Of a stretch of 64,000 nucleotides of DNA, positions 19,855 through 30,102 are shown piece by piece. The position numbers and the translations under genes were made by a program. The stretch covers positions 10,217 through 74,216 of the forward strand of contig JBDRFY010000050.1 in assembly GCA_043818275.1 (NCBI GenBank), written 5' to 3'. The DNA comes from a bacterium (GTDB lineage: Bacteria; Babelota; Babeliae; Babelales; JAUWHS01). The notes under the pieces were generated by a model. The model had not been told where the DNA came from. It was given only the letters and a program-made list of their open reading frames with translations, and did not search any database. The number at the start of each line of letters is the position of its first letter. The first letter of the stretch is position 1.

Positions 19855-21324
19855 ATGAAAGATTTTAAGTTTCTCTTTTTTATTTTTATAATTTTAACCA
19901 TTTATTTTAATCATCTTTATAGCTTAAAATTAACCCGACCCAAATGCGCATATTTAAATGACACTAAAGATATAATTCCTGATAATTTTAAATCAATTTT
20001 TTTAAACAACCTAAATTTAGACGCCGAATTAAATGATTTGTCTTCCACAAATACTATTTTTACAAATTACAATAATTTAAATCTTGCCTACAATGAAACT
20101 TCAACATTACTAACAGACATTAAACCAACCTTAACAATTGAAACATTTGATACAATTAACGATAACGAAAAAATCATTGAATATAGTCAACCTAAAATTA
20201 TTAAAAATAAAATCAGGGTTTTATTAGATGAAATAAACTCAAAAGAACCAAATAATTTTTTCATTCAATCAAAAGAAGGTGTTATTATTCAAACTTTACC
20301 AAAAACAACTTCTCCAATTTTATTGAAAAACAAAAAGGTATATATAAAAGTAAAAGATGATTCTTTATATTTAAGTAATGATGGACAAGAATATAAAAAA
20401 GCAAAAAAGAAAGAAATTCTTATAAAACCGGTAAAAAAATATTTTTCATTTAATGGAAAATCATTTAATGGGGAAGTAAAGCTCTTAATAGATGAGAAAC
20501 AAAATAAACTTTTTATAATTAATAATTTAAATCTGGAAGATTATATTTATTCAGTTCTGCGGTTTGAAAGTTACCCAACCTGGCCTAAAGATATGCAAAA
20601 AATTCAGGCAATAGCTTCCCGTTCATATGCATTTCATTGCATGAGACAAGCCAGAATCAAAAAAATTAAAAATCCATATGATATAAAAAGAAGCAATCAC
20701 CATCAGACATATAATGGAAAACATGACGCGAAACATTTAAAAGAAGCTGTAAAAGAAACAACTGGAGTAATTTTGACATATGATAAAAAACCAATAATTG
20801 CAATGTTTGATGCTTGTTGTGGAGGAGTAATTCCTGCAAATATGAAAAATCCAGATTTTAAAAAAGCTCCTTATCTTGCAAGAGAAGAACGCTGTGTATT
20901 TTGCAAAAACTACACTCTTTATCACTGGAAAAAAGATTTACTATTTAATTCTTTTGTTAACAATTTAAAAAATAATCCTAAAATTTCTGATCAAATTAAT
21001 AAAATTGGTAAAATTTATGACATCAAAATAGCTGAAAAGGATAAAGCCGGAGTTGTTCACAAAATTAAATTTATTGGAAGTAAAAAAAATTCTATAGTAA
21101 ATGGAAGAGATTTCTGGGAAAATCAAAGAAAAACAATCCGAAGCTTAAATTTCGATTTAAAAAAAATAAATGATCGCTTAATAATTACAGGAAATGGTTT
21201 CGGGCATCAAATTGGCTTATGCCAACGTGGAGCACGCGAACTTCTAAATCGTGGATGGAATTATAAAAATATTCTTAAATTTTATTATCCAAAAACGCAA
21301 ATTGCCAAACTTAAATATTCATGA
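19855..21324 (+). CDS. SpoIID/LytB domain protein
   Basis: LEDYIYSVL, QAIASRSYA, HQTYNG, GFGHQIGLCQRGA and ILKFYYP. Confidence 0.92.
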   Translation: MKDFKFLFFIFIILTIYFNHLYSLKLTRPKCAYLNDTKDIIPDNFKSIFLNNLNLDAELNDLSSTNTIFTNYNNLNLAYNETSTLLTDIKPTLTIETFDTINDNEKIIEYSQPKIIKNKIRVLLDEINSKEPNNFFIQSKEGVIIQTLPKTTSPILLKNKKVYIKVKDDSLYLSNDGQEYKKAKKKEILIKPVKKYFSFNGKSFNGEVKLLIDEKQNKLFIINNLNLEDYIYSVLRFESYPTWPKDMQKIQAIASRSYAFHCMRQARIKKIKNPYDIKRSNHHQTYNGKHDAKHLKEAVKETTGVILTYDKKPIIAMFDACCGGVIPANMKNPDFKKAPYLAREERCVFCKNYTLYHWKKDLLFNSFVNNLKNNPKISDQINKIGKIYDIKIAEKDKAGVVHKIKFIGSKKNSIVNGRDFWENQRKTIRSLNFDLKKINDRLIITGNGFGHQIGLCQRGARELLNRGWNYKNILKFYYPKTQIAKLKYS

Positions 21325-21350
21325 TTTTGGGATAAAAAAAGGGGAGAAAA

Positions 21351-21848
21351 ATGCCAAATTACAAAGGGCATTTAATCGGAGGATCAATAGCCTTTCTGGC
21401 AACAAATAAAATAATTGCTTTATCCTCAAATAACTTTGCAACAAATTTCAATCAAAATTGGTTAATTTATCTATTTTTTTGCTTAATTGGTTCACTTTTT
21501 CCAGACATTGATACCAAAAGCAAAATTCAACGATATTTTTACATTTTTATATTTTTAATCTTAATTAACTTAATAATTGATAAAAATTGGCAATTGATTG
21601 TAATTTTAACACCTATTTCACTCCTCCCAATGATAGTTCATCATCGTGGAATATTTCATAAATTCTGGTTTTTAAGTCTTTTATCTTTAATTTTTTTAGC
21701 ATTTACCTGGACTTATTTTCCAAATAACGTTAAAAATCTAACTTTTAGCTGCATTTTCTTTATTTCAGGTTGGTTATCCCACTTACTATTGGATTATGGT
21801 ATTTTGCGTTTTTTTAACAGAAAGATAATTAACCGATTTAAAATTTAA
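21351..21848 (+). CDS. Membrane-bound metal-dependent hydrolase (YdjM-like)
   Basis: YKGH, GSLFPDID, HHRGIFH and SHLLLD. Confidence 0.88.
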   Translation: MPNYKGHLIGGSIAFLATNKIIALSSNNFATNFNQNWLIYLFFCLIGSLFPDIDTKSKIQRYFYIFIFLILINLIIDKNWQLIVILTPISLLPMIVHHRGIFHKFWFLSLLSLIFLAFTWTYFPNNVKNLTFSCIFFISGWLSHLLLDYGILRFFNRKIINRFKI

Positions 21849-22014
21849 TTTTTAATTTCATTTAGAATTTTTAAACTAAAAAAATAACTATTATATCTAA
21901 TTTTTTATGTTGCTTATCCAACAAGCCTTTGATTCCACATAATAACACGTATAAATTAAAACCAGGCTCAACTATAAGCTTAAATGGAAGTTATTAATTT
22001 ATTGGAGGTTTATC

Positions 22015-22587
22015 ATGAAAAAACTATGTAAAGTTTTATCATTAATTTTAGCAATTAATATTTTTGCAAATTCACAATCAAATGCTTTTCTTGGATTAGG
22101 AATACTTAGTAATGCAACAGGTTGGACCGCTTCTTGGTTTTGTAATAATCCACATGTTTCAAGTGCTACAAACACTGAACTTTCAAAACAATTAATGAAA
22201 AATTTTTACACTTTTGCTAAAAATTCTCCTGAGCTCGCTCAAAAATTATTAATTCAAACACAAAAACTCATTGCTAACTCAAATATAAATTGGGAAAACA
22301 GTAAAGAACTTGCATGTAAAACAACAACTATTGCAATAGAATTAATAAAACAAAATCCAGAAGTAACATTTTATACCGCACTTGGCTTAGTCTTAGTTGC
22401 AATATTAAAAAATCAATTGACCTGGACGATTAATAAAACAACTAACATAACAAAAGAAGCCGTAATATTAGGAACAAAAGCCTCATTTAATACAGTAGCA
22501 GGAACAGCCAAATTAGGAATAAATATAGCCAGTTCACCTGCAATAATTACATCTAAGGTTCTTGGCTATGTAATAAATAAAATATAA
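22015..22587 (+). CDS. Small secreted/membrane protein, paralogue family with conserved leader
   Basis: GGAGG RBS; MKKLCKVLSLILAINIFANSQSNA leader; ELIKQNP followed by a hydrophobic helix. Confidence 0.75.
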   Translation: MKKLCKVLSLILAINIFANSQSNAFLGLGILSNATGWTASWFCNNPHVSSATNTELSKQLMKNFYTFAKNSPELAQKLLIQTQKLIANSNINWENSKELACKTTTIAIELIKQNPEVTFYTALGLVLVAILKNQLTWTINKTTNITKEAVILGTKASFNTVAGTAKLGINIASSPAIITSKVLGYVINKI

Positions 22588-22624
22588 TTAGTTTAATTAT
22601 ATGATTTTTACTTGGAGGTTTATT

Positions 22625-23068
22625 ATGAATAAAATATTCAAAACATTGTTTTTAATTTTAGCAATTAATGTTTTTTCGAATACACAATCAAATGCATGTG
22701 GGTGGCTTTATTCTTGCCCTAAAGAAACTTATACTGGTGAATTGGCAAAAATTGGGAACGTTTTACTGGACAGCGGAAAAACAGCTTTATGCTTAACATT
22801 AAAAGATGGTAAAAATTTAGTAGCAAATAAAATTGTTCCAACTATTGCAAATAATCCTTATTTATTAACGTCAAGTGTTGGTCTTGCTTTTTTATATACT
22901 TTATACCTTGGTAAATATCCAAAAGGCACAATTAAAAATACATTTAAATATGGTCTATCTCCAATGTGGTATCCTACGTACTACACTTGGAAAAAATTAA
23001 GGCAAGAAGATAAAATTAAATCATTAGAAAAAAGACTCGAAGACGCTGTAAAAATAAAACAAGCTTAA
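22625..23068 (+). CDS. Small secreted/membrane protein, same family (start revised)
   Basis: GGAGG RBS before MNKIFKTLFLILAINVFSNTQSNA. Confidence 0.75.
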   Translation: MNKIFKTLFLILAINVFSNTQSNACGWLYSCPKETYTGELAKIGNVLLDSGKTALCLTLKDGKNLVANKIVPTIANNPYLLTSSVGLAFLYTLYLGKYPKGTIKNTFKYGLSPMWYPTYYTWKKLRQEDKIKSLEKRLEDAVKIKQA

Positions 23069-23072
23069 AAAT

Positions 23073-23101
23073 ACGCCGGATTTTTTCCGGCGTTTCTTTT
23101 T
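23073..23101. terminator. Bidirectional intrinsic terminator
   Basis: acgccgga-ttttt-tccggcgt hairpin between convergent genes, with A/T tails. Confidence 0.8.
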
Positions 23102-23911
23102 TTAAATATTTAATCTAAATAATTTTTTAGCATTCTGTGTAGTTGCATCTGCCAATTCATCAACAGAAATTTTTTTAATCTCAGCAATCAAATCTGCAAA
23201 TAACGGAATGTAAGCAGGTGAATTTTGTTTGCCTCTAAATTGTTGCGGCGGCAAAAATGGAGCATCTGTTTCTAAAAGAATTTTATCCAGCGAAACACTT
23301 TCAACAACTTCTCTTAATTTTTCATTTTTGGGATAAGTTACATGCCCATCAATGCCAACATAAAATCCCCACTTTGTAACGAGAGAAGCAATATCAACAC
23401 CATCAGAAAAACAATGAAATACTCCTCGTAATTTTCCAGTACATTCTTCAACAATTTTTAATGTTTCATCAGTTGCTTCACGCATGTGAATCACAACAAG
23501 CAAATCATATTTTAATGCCAGTTCAACATGAAACTTAAACGCTTCAATTTGTCGGCGTTTATCAAAAGGCTTATGAAAAAAATCTAAACCTGTTTCTCCA
23601 ACAGCCACAATTTTATTATCACGTTTATTTATTATCCATTCTTCAATTTTTTTTACATCTTCAAGCCAATTTGGAGTAAGATCGCACGGATGAATACCAA
23701 TTGCAGCAAAAACATTATTAAATTTTTTTGCAATTTTTATTGTATTCAAACTTTCAACAACACTTGTTCCTACATTTATTAAATATTTAACACCTACTTT
23801 GCCAGATTCTTTTAAAATTTGCCCTATTCTTTCAAAATTCTCATTTTTTAAAGGAGTGTCAAAATCTTTTTTTACCATCATATTTAAATGACAATGCGTA
23901 TCAACAAACAT
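23102..23911 (-). CDS. tatD: TatD family nuclease
   Basis: DTHCH, GIHP, VGETGLD, IHMREA, FHCFS and ETDAPFL. Confidence 0.95.
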   Translation of the reverse strand: MFVDTHCHLNMMVKKDFDTPLKNENFERIGQILKESGKVGVKYLINVGTSVVESLNTIKIAKKFNNVFAAIGIHPCDLTPNWLEDVKKIEEWIINKRDNKIVAVGETGLDFFHKPFDKRRQIEAFKFHVELALKYDLLVVIHMREATDETLKIVEECTGKLRGVFHCFSDGVDIASLVTKWGFYVGIDGHVTYPKNEKLREVVESVSLDKILLETDAPFLPPQQFRGKQNSPAYIPLFADLIAEIKKISVDELADATTQNAKKLFRLNI

Positions 23912-24159
23912 AATTAACCCTTTTTTTTAATTTACATTTCTTCATCTCGTAAAATTATAATCATTTCATAATATTTTTTTAATTCTAACAGAATTTAATT
24001 TTGCCCTAAAAAACACTTTTTACATAAAAAATGACATTTTATTACTTGTTTTACAACGAATGCCTTTGAAAGTAAAAATATTACATTTAAAATCTAAGTA
24101 AGCTTTGCAAGGTGTAAAGCTTGAATAATTAGCAATTTTAAATATTATTGGGGGTTTTC

Positions 24160-24633
24160 ATGAAAAAACTTTTTAAGGTTTTATTTCTTGTTTTGGCTAT
24201 GAATGCTATGAGTCAAACAAAATCTGAAGCTTATGGACCAATGACAGGCATACAAATGTTAGAACTTGTTGCACCATGGGCAATACAAGCAACTGAATAT
24301 GTTACTCCTTATGTTACAACAGCCACTGAAACAGCCAAAGATATCTGCTTATCTGTAGGCGGAGGGTACTGTGGTATAGCCGTAGCTGCTCCAACTGCTT
24401 TAGCAATAGCCGCAACCTCTATGTTTGCGGGTTTTAATTATTTATTTTCTTCGACAAAACCTACAAAAAAAATAGAAAAAATAATTGAAACAGTTACACC
24501 TGAAGTAAAAGCTTCACTTATAACAACCGCATTAGAATTAGTTAAACAACACCCAGGGTTAACAACTGCTTCAGCATTACTTTTAGTCATTCTTGCATAC
24601 AAAACAAAACAAGCTTTAACTCAAAAGATATAA
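24160..24633 (+). CDS. Small secreted/membrane protein, same family as 22015 and 22625 (start revised)
   Basis: MKKLFKVLFLVLAMNAMSQTKSEA leader; TTALELVKQHP plus hydrophobic helix. Confidence 0.75.
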   Translation: MKKLFKVLFLVLAMNAMSQTKSEAYGPMTGIQMLELVAPWAIQATEYVTPYVTTATETAKDICLSVGGGYCGIAVAAPTALAIAATSMFAGFNYLFSSTKPTKKIEKIIETVTPEVKASLITTALELVKQHPGLTTASALLLVILAYKTKQALTQKI

Positions 24634-24736
24634 TTCCTGAAATAAAAAACAAGAAGTTAATAAAGAACATAAAAATAAAAACTTTAAATATAAATATAAA
24701 CCAAATAAAAAAATTGCTCTTGGAATTATAAAAAAC

Positions 24737-24782
24737 AAACTCATCGAGACCCTTTATTAAACAAGGGTCTCGATGAGTTTTG
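24737..24782. terminator. Strong 18-bp hairpin, bidirectional terminator-like
   Basis: aaactcatcgagaccctt / aagggtctcgatgagttt perfect inverted repeat. Confidence 0.7.
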
Positions 24783-25116
24783 TGATTATATAAAGGCTAG
24801 AATTAAAAATCCATTGTTGCTATTCGAATAAATCGCTCTTTCCCTAGAAAATTGTCGTAATTACCCTATTAATAGGAGACCTTGTATGTAAACTTCTTAA
24901 GTTGACAGCATTGGTAAAATTGCCGGGACTTTTTTTAATTCCAAAAAGAACCTAATTAAATAAACAGCATTCTTAAATACAAAAAAATTTAATCTTAAAA
25001 GTTTCATTCAGAAACAAATAAGCAAAAAAGCTTTTAAATTCAATATAAAATTATTCTGACACAATAATTTCATTAATAAATCTAGGAAAACAACCGAATG
25101 TTTTTATCTTTTTTTC

Positions 25117-25145
25117 TTGACAAAAAAGAAAAGTAAATTTACATT
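25117..25145 (+). promoter_or_regulatory. Sigma70-type promoter of hup
   Basis: TTGACA - 17 nt - TACATT. Confidence 0.55.
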
Positions 25146-25200
25146 TCCATTGGATGTTTCTGTAAAAACAACCATAATTCTATTTTATAAAGGAGAGGAT

Positions 25201-25479
25201 ATGAACAAAAGTGAACTCATCAACGCATTGAGCGAAGAAACCAATTTCAGCAAAAAAGATGTAGCTAAAGTTTTAGCTTCCTTCACAAGAATCATCGAAA
25301 GAACACTCAGAAAGGGTGAAAAAGTTTCCTTAACAGGCTTTGGAACATACTGGATTTCAAGACGCCCTGCACGCATTGGAATTAATCCTGCAACAAAGGA
25401 AAGAATTAAACTTCCTGCAGTAAGTGTTCCAAGATTTAAACCTGGCAAACATCTTAAAGAAGAAGTTCGCTCCCTATAA
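25201..25479 (+). CDS. hup: DNA-binding protein HU (start revised to 25201)
   Basis: AGGAGAGG RBS; MNKSELI, GFGT, RIGINPAT and PRFKPGK. Confidence 0.95.
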   Translation: MNKSELINALSEETNFSKKDVAKVLASFTRIIERTLRKGEKVSLTGFGTYWISRRPARIGINPATKERIKLPAVSVPRFKPGKHLKEEVRSL

Positions 25480-25493
25480 TTTCTGAAACAATT

Positions 25494-26357
25494 ATGAGCA
25501 GAACACAACAAGTTTACAAAATTGCAGGGCCGATAATTTTATCGGCCCTGTCTATTTTGATAAGTTTTATCATTTTGCAACCAATTGCACTGCATCTAAA
25601 TCCAAATTTCAATCTTCTTGCAAGCCGGGGAATTGGAAAAGTTGCATTTGTAACAATGATTATTTTGCAGCTTTTGCTTTTTCTTACCACCCAATCACAA
25701 AAATTTTTAAATAAATTCTTACAAACATCCCTTTATTTTTTTAAAGAAAAAAAATGGGTTAAAACTTTTTTAATTTATTTTGTAATATTTTTTATTCTTC
25801 ACTCTCTTCTTTTAGTTCTTTTTTATTTTTTAGGTTATGCACAATACAACCCAAATTGGGGAAATGTTAATATTGGATTAATACTAAAACTTATTTGGGG
25901 ATTTTTTGTTGTTTTTATGCTTGCCTGGACTGAAGAATTAATTTTTCGGGGCATGATTTATCAATACATAAACCAGGAATTCAGCAAAATAACCAGCCTC
26001 TTTTCTGCCTCTTTAATTTTTATGCTGGCTCACGATTTAACAAACCCGTTAAATTTAATTACAAAAAACTGGAAACTTGGCCTTGGATTATTCTTACTCG
26101 GCTTTTTATTAAATACCGTTTTTGCCATAACTAATAAACTTTATGCCGGAATGGGAATACATGCCGGTCTGGTTTTTGTAAAAGTTGTTCTCAGAAAAGC
26201 AAGATTTTTAATCATTCCTGGCGCCTGTTTGCCATTCTGGTTAAATTCAGATTTAAGACAATGTTTAATTGTTCATATTTTGTTCGTTCTTTTAATTACA
26301 GGTTTGTTAATAAAATATAGAAAAATTTTATTAAATATTAAAACCCCACAAGTCTAA
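25494..26357 (+). CDS. CPBP/Abi (CAAX protease-like) intramembrane metalloprotease
   Basis: EELIFRG, FMLAH and GIHAG; multiple TM helices. Confidence 0.88.
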   Translation: MSRTQQVYKIAGPIILSALSILISFIILQPIALHLNPNFNLLASRGIGKVAFVTMIILQLLLFLTTQSQKFLNKFLQTSLYFFKEKKWVKTFLIYFVIFFILHSLLLVLFYFLGYAQYNPNWGNVNIGLILKLIWGFFVVFMLAWTEELIFRGMIYQYINQEFSKITSLFSASLIFMLAHDLTNPLNLITKNWKLGLGLFLLGFLLNTVFAITNKLYAGMGIHAGLVFVKVVLRKARFLIIPGACLPFWLNSDLRQCLIVHILFVLLITGLLIKYRKILLNIKTPQV

Positions 26358-27041
26358 CACTTCTTCTTTAACTTTTAGGTCCTGAATCATTTGAGTCCAA
26401 TCCCGTTTTCCCAAACCCTCATTTAAGGCCGGAACTTTATTTCCTGCAAGATATATCTCTTTAATTTTTTTATTTCGCTTAAACAATGAAACTGGAATAT
26501 GCGTTATTTTGTTATCTGCCAAATTAATCTGTTCCAGTGCAGACAAATTTCTGAATAAATCTCTTTTTAATATTTTTATATCATTATCAGATAAATCCAG
26601 ATCTTTTAATTTTCTCTGATTCATAAAAATTTGTGGCTGCAATTCCTTTATTTTATTGTTACTTAAATCCAGTCGTACCAACTTTTTCAAAGGAGCAAAC
26701 GCGCCTTTTTCAATTTCACTTATTTTATTAAAAGACAAATCAAGTATTTCTAGGTTTCTAAATCTATTCAAATCATCCCGTTCTATCTTTTTGATTTTGT
26801 TATGATCCATGCGAATTTCTTTTATTTTTTTGCACGTCGAACCAAGGGCACTCTGAATGCCATCCAATGATTTTATTTGCAATTTAGACAAATCCAGGAT
26901 TCCATTTTTTTTAGAATCTTCAATCCGTTGCTGCAAAAGATTACGAATGTATTCTTGCTCTTTTTTAGATTTGGGCTTAGAAATTAATAAATTTGAAAAT
27001 AAGAAAGAAAAACAAACAACAAACAAAACAATTTTTTTCAT
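26331..27041 (-). CDS. Secreted leucine-rich-repeat protein
   Basis: Signal peptide; about 6 LxxLxLxxNxI 24-aa repeats (LEILDLSFNKI, LVRLDLSNNKI, LKDLDLSDNDI). Confidence 0.92.
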   Translation of the reverse strand: MKKIVLFVVCFSFLFSNLLISKPKSKKEQEYIRNLLQQRIEDSKKNGILDLSKLQIKSLDGIQSALGSTCKKIKEIRMDHNKIKKIERDDLNRFRNLEILDLSFNKISEIEKGAFAPLKKLVRLDLSNNKIKELQPQIFMNQRKLKDLDLSDNDIKILKRDLFRNLSALEQINLADNKITHIPVSLFKRNKKIKEIYLAGNKVPALNEGLGKRDWTQMIQDLKVKEEVLDLWGFNI

Positions 27042-27121
27042 AACCTTTCTCCTTAATTAATTTGAATATAAGCAAAAATGATTATAAAAAACTATTTTTT
27101 AAACTGTAAACAAATTAATTT

Positions 27122-29848
27122 TTAACCGCGCTCTTCAATATTTATAAAAGAACCTGAAGAAGTTTTATCAACAATAAAATGAATTGGAAAATTATCTTTA
27201 AAAATTGATAAATGCGAAACAACTATAATTTTGGCAAAATCCTGTTGTATTACATAAATAGAATCCATTAAACGGCTTAACCCTTCCTCATCCTGGGAAC
27301 CAAATCCCTCGTCAATTATCAATGTTTGTAACGGTGTACCTGCCCTGCGGGCCAATAATTTTGAAATTGCTATGCGCAACGCAAAATCAACGCGAAAGGC
27401 CTCTCCTCCGGAAAACATTTCATACGGACGCATACCAATTGAATCTGAAATTTGTATATCCAGAGTCTCTTTTACGCCACCCTTTTTCAAATCACGCAAA
27501 GATTCAAAAAATATTTGTGACTGATTATCTGTAAGTCTTGATAAAATTTTATTTGCTTCCTCTTCAATTTCTGGAATTGCCTGTTCAATCAAAAGAGCTT
27601 GCAGACCATCTTTACTGAATGTTTTAACTAAAAAATCATAATATTGAATTTCTTCATTTATTTTATTTATTTTTTTCTCTTTTTGTTGAATTTCAATTTT
27701 TAAATTTTTAATGCGGTCAAGCTCGTTTTTTAACTGCCCCAATTTTTGTAATAAAAAATCCTTTTCCTTTAAAACATCTGCTATTTCTTTTTTTCCGTTT
27801 GTTATTTTTTGGGCTAAATCTTTTATCTTTTTTTCGTCAAAATTTAACTCTTTCTTTTTTATTTCTTTATTTTTTAACTGATTTTTAATCTCTTTTAATT
27901 GAGCAACAAACAAAGAAATTTTATAACGCCTTTCCTGCTGTTTTGATAACTCACCACCAAGGCTTTTTAAATCAGACAAACGCTCTTCCACTTTTTGTAA
28001 ATCTTTTTGTAATTTCTCATGCGCCCTTTTATCATATTTATTTTTTTCTAAAGATTTTTCTAATTCTAAAAGAGCCTCGCTTATTTGCTTTAGTTTTAAA
28101 TTATTTTCTATCCCTTTTTTTAATTCTTTTTCTTTTTCCGTTAAATTATTCTGAATTATTCTGGCCTTTAAAATTGCCTCTTTTATTTTTAAATTTAATT
28201 CTTCAAAAAGTTTTTTTTCTTTTTTTATTTCCAACTTAATTAATTCTATTGTTTTAAACAGTTCTTCTTTTTTAATTAATATTTTTTTGTATTCTTCTTC
28301 TGTTTTTTGCATATTTTGTAATTGTTTATGTTGATCCAAAAGAACAATCTTTAATTTTTTCAATATTCTGGAAACTTTATCCATTTGGTGATTAAAAAAT
28401 TTATCTGAAATTTTAAATTTATCTGCTAAAAACTTTTTGCGCGAAATAGTTAATAACTGCTGGCATAAAGGACAAGCTGGACTTTCATGGATTTTTATTG
28501 TTTCTGATTTTTGTTGTATATCTTTAATCTGCAATTTTAAATGATTTCCTCTCTGAATAATAACCTGATAATAAGACCGTCTTTTTTCAAATTGCGATTT
28601 AACCTTTTCAAGCTTGGAAATAAAATCATTCTGATTCCTTAAATTCTCTTCAAACCTTAAAAGTTCTTTTTGATGATTTTTTATTTTATTTTCAAGTTCA
28701 ATAATAGATTTATCTTTTTGTTCAGATAAAATTTCCGCCTGTTTTTTATTTAGTAATTCTTTTTCCAAATCAAGTTTTATCCGGTAAATTTCCTGTTCCA
28801 ATGTTGATTGAAACAGATTACTCTCCTTTTGATATTCCGATTTTTTTTTCAGAAGCTCTGCCTGAATATTTAAATTTTCTTGTTGCGCTTTTAATAAAGC
28901 TTTATTTTCTGCTGCCAGGTTATTTTTTAACTTTTCGAGTTCATCTAAAGATTCATGCTTTAAAGATTTATAATGAGCAAGCTTCCATTTAGAAACTAAT
29001 GGCATAAAATCCGATTCTTTTGCAAGACAAATTCCTTTAAGTTCTTCTGTCTCTTTTTCTAAATTCAAAAAAGTTCTTTGTTGCTCCTGAAAAACAAGAT
29101 TTTCTTTTTCTAAATCTAAAATAACTTCTTGTTTTTTACTTAAATCATGATTTATATCTTTTAATTTTTTAGATTCTTGCCCGTCTTCCTGTTTTATTTT
29201 TTCTTCTTTTGTAATTTCCTCTTTGGATGTCTGCAAAATATTATTTAACAATTTAGCATCATCTGATAATCTTTTTTCTTTTTCTGCGGCTAATTGTTTT
29301 AATTTTTCATATTTATCCAAGCCTAAAATATTTGCCAAAATTTGTTTTCGTTCTTTGGGTGATTTTTTGGAAAATTCATTAGCCTGTCCCTGTCGCAAAA
29401 AAGCTGTATTTGAAAAAGTTTCAAAATCAAGACCAATTAAATTTTCAATTTTTTCCTGAGTTTGCCGAATTGTTTTTTCAGTCAGTGTTATAAATTTATC
29501 TTTTGACTCATCAAATAATTCAAAATCTAAAGCGACCAAAGGCTTTCCATAAGTTTTTGTATACTCACGCCGAACATTATAAAGGCTGCCATTAAAATTA
29601 AATTCCAGAGCAACCATCATCTGAGTTTGGCCCAAATGAATTAGTCCTGAATCAGCTTTAATCGTGGCGGTAGTTTTTCTTGCTTCCCCCCACAGCGCCC
29701 AGGTCATTGCATCAAGAAGAGCCGATTTTCCATTGCCATTTTTACCGGATAAACAAATTAATGGATAATCTTTAAAATCAATTTCTTGAAGAGAATTTCC
29801 GTAACTTAAAAAATTTTTTATCTTTATTTTTATAGGAATCATAGACAA
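27122..29848 (-). CDS. sbcC: SbcC/Rad50-like SMC ATPase
   Basis: Walker A GKNGNGKS, coiled coils, zinc hook CPLC, signature FSGGE and Walker B LIIDEG. Confidence 0.9.
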   Translation of the reverse strand: MSMIPIKIKIKNFLSYGNSLQEIDFKDYPLICLSGKNGNGKSALLDAMTWALWGEARKTTATIKADSGLIHLGQTQMMVALEFNFNGSLYNVRREYTKTYGKPLVALDFELFDESKDKFITLTEKTIRQTQEKIENLIGLDFETFSNTAFLRQGQANEFSKKSPKERKQILANILGLDKYEKLKQLAAEKEKRLSDDAKLLNNILQTSKEEITKEEKIKQEDGQESKKLKDINHDLSKKQEVILDLEKENLVFQEQQRTFLNLEKETEELKGICLAKESDFMPLVSKWKLAHYKSLKHESLDELEKLKNNLAAENKALLKAQQENLNIQAELLKKKSEYQKESNLFQSTLEQEIYRIKLDLEKELLNKKQAEILSEQKDKSIIELENKIKNHQKELLRFEENLRNQNDFISKLEKVKSQFEKRRSYYQVIIQRGNHLKLQIKDIQQKSETIKIHESPACPLCQQLLTISRKKFLADKFKISDKFFNHQMDKVSRILKKLKIVLLDQHKQLQNMQKTEEEYKKILIKKEELFKTIELIKLEIKKEKKLFEELNLKIKEAILKARIIQNNLTEKEKELKKGIENNLKLKQISEALLELEKSLEKNKYDKRAHEKLQKDLQKVEERLSDLKSLGGELSKQQERRYKISLFVAQLKEIKNQLKNKEIKKKELNFDEKKIKDLAQKITNGKKEIADVLKEKDFLLQKLGQLKNELDRIKNLKIEIQQKEKKINKINEEIQYYDFLVKTFSKDGLQALLIEQAIPEIEEEANKILSRLTDNQSQIFFESLRDLKKGGVKETLDIQISDSIGMRPYEMFSGGEAFRVDFALRIAISKLLARRAGTPLQTLIIDEGFGSQDEEGLSRLMDSIYVIQQDFAKIIVVSHLSIFKDNFPIHFIVDKTSSGSFINIEERG

Positions 29849-29888
29849 CTCAAATTATTATTCATAAATTTAATTTTTCTACCGAACT

Positions 29889-30022
29889 TGTCATCCTGAA
29901 CTCGTTTCAGGATCCACACTCAGTTAAACTAATCACAATTTTTAAAATTATAGTAAATCATTTTACAAAGCTTACCCATCAAAAATTATAAACATAGATC
30001 CTGAAATAAATTCAGGATGACA
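29889..30022. repeat. Inverted REP doublet (GTCATCCTGAA...TTCAGGATC family)
   Basis: tgtcatcctgaactcgtttcaggatcca and tagatcctgaaataaattcaggatgaca in inverted orientation between the divergent sbcC and rodA. Confidence 0.85.
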
Positions 30023-30102
30023 AAATAGGATTAAAATAATATTTTGGAATCACAACTTAGGCTTAATTTTAATAAAAAGTAATTTAATCACAAGAAATTA
30101 AA

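Noticed and set aside
27122..29848. SMC-based defence system (Wadjet/Lamassu-like)
   Set aside because: The zinc hook and motifs fit ordinary SbcC, and no partner defence genes are adjacent; sbcD is presumably elsewhere.
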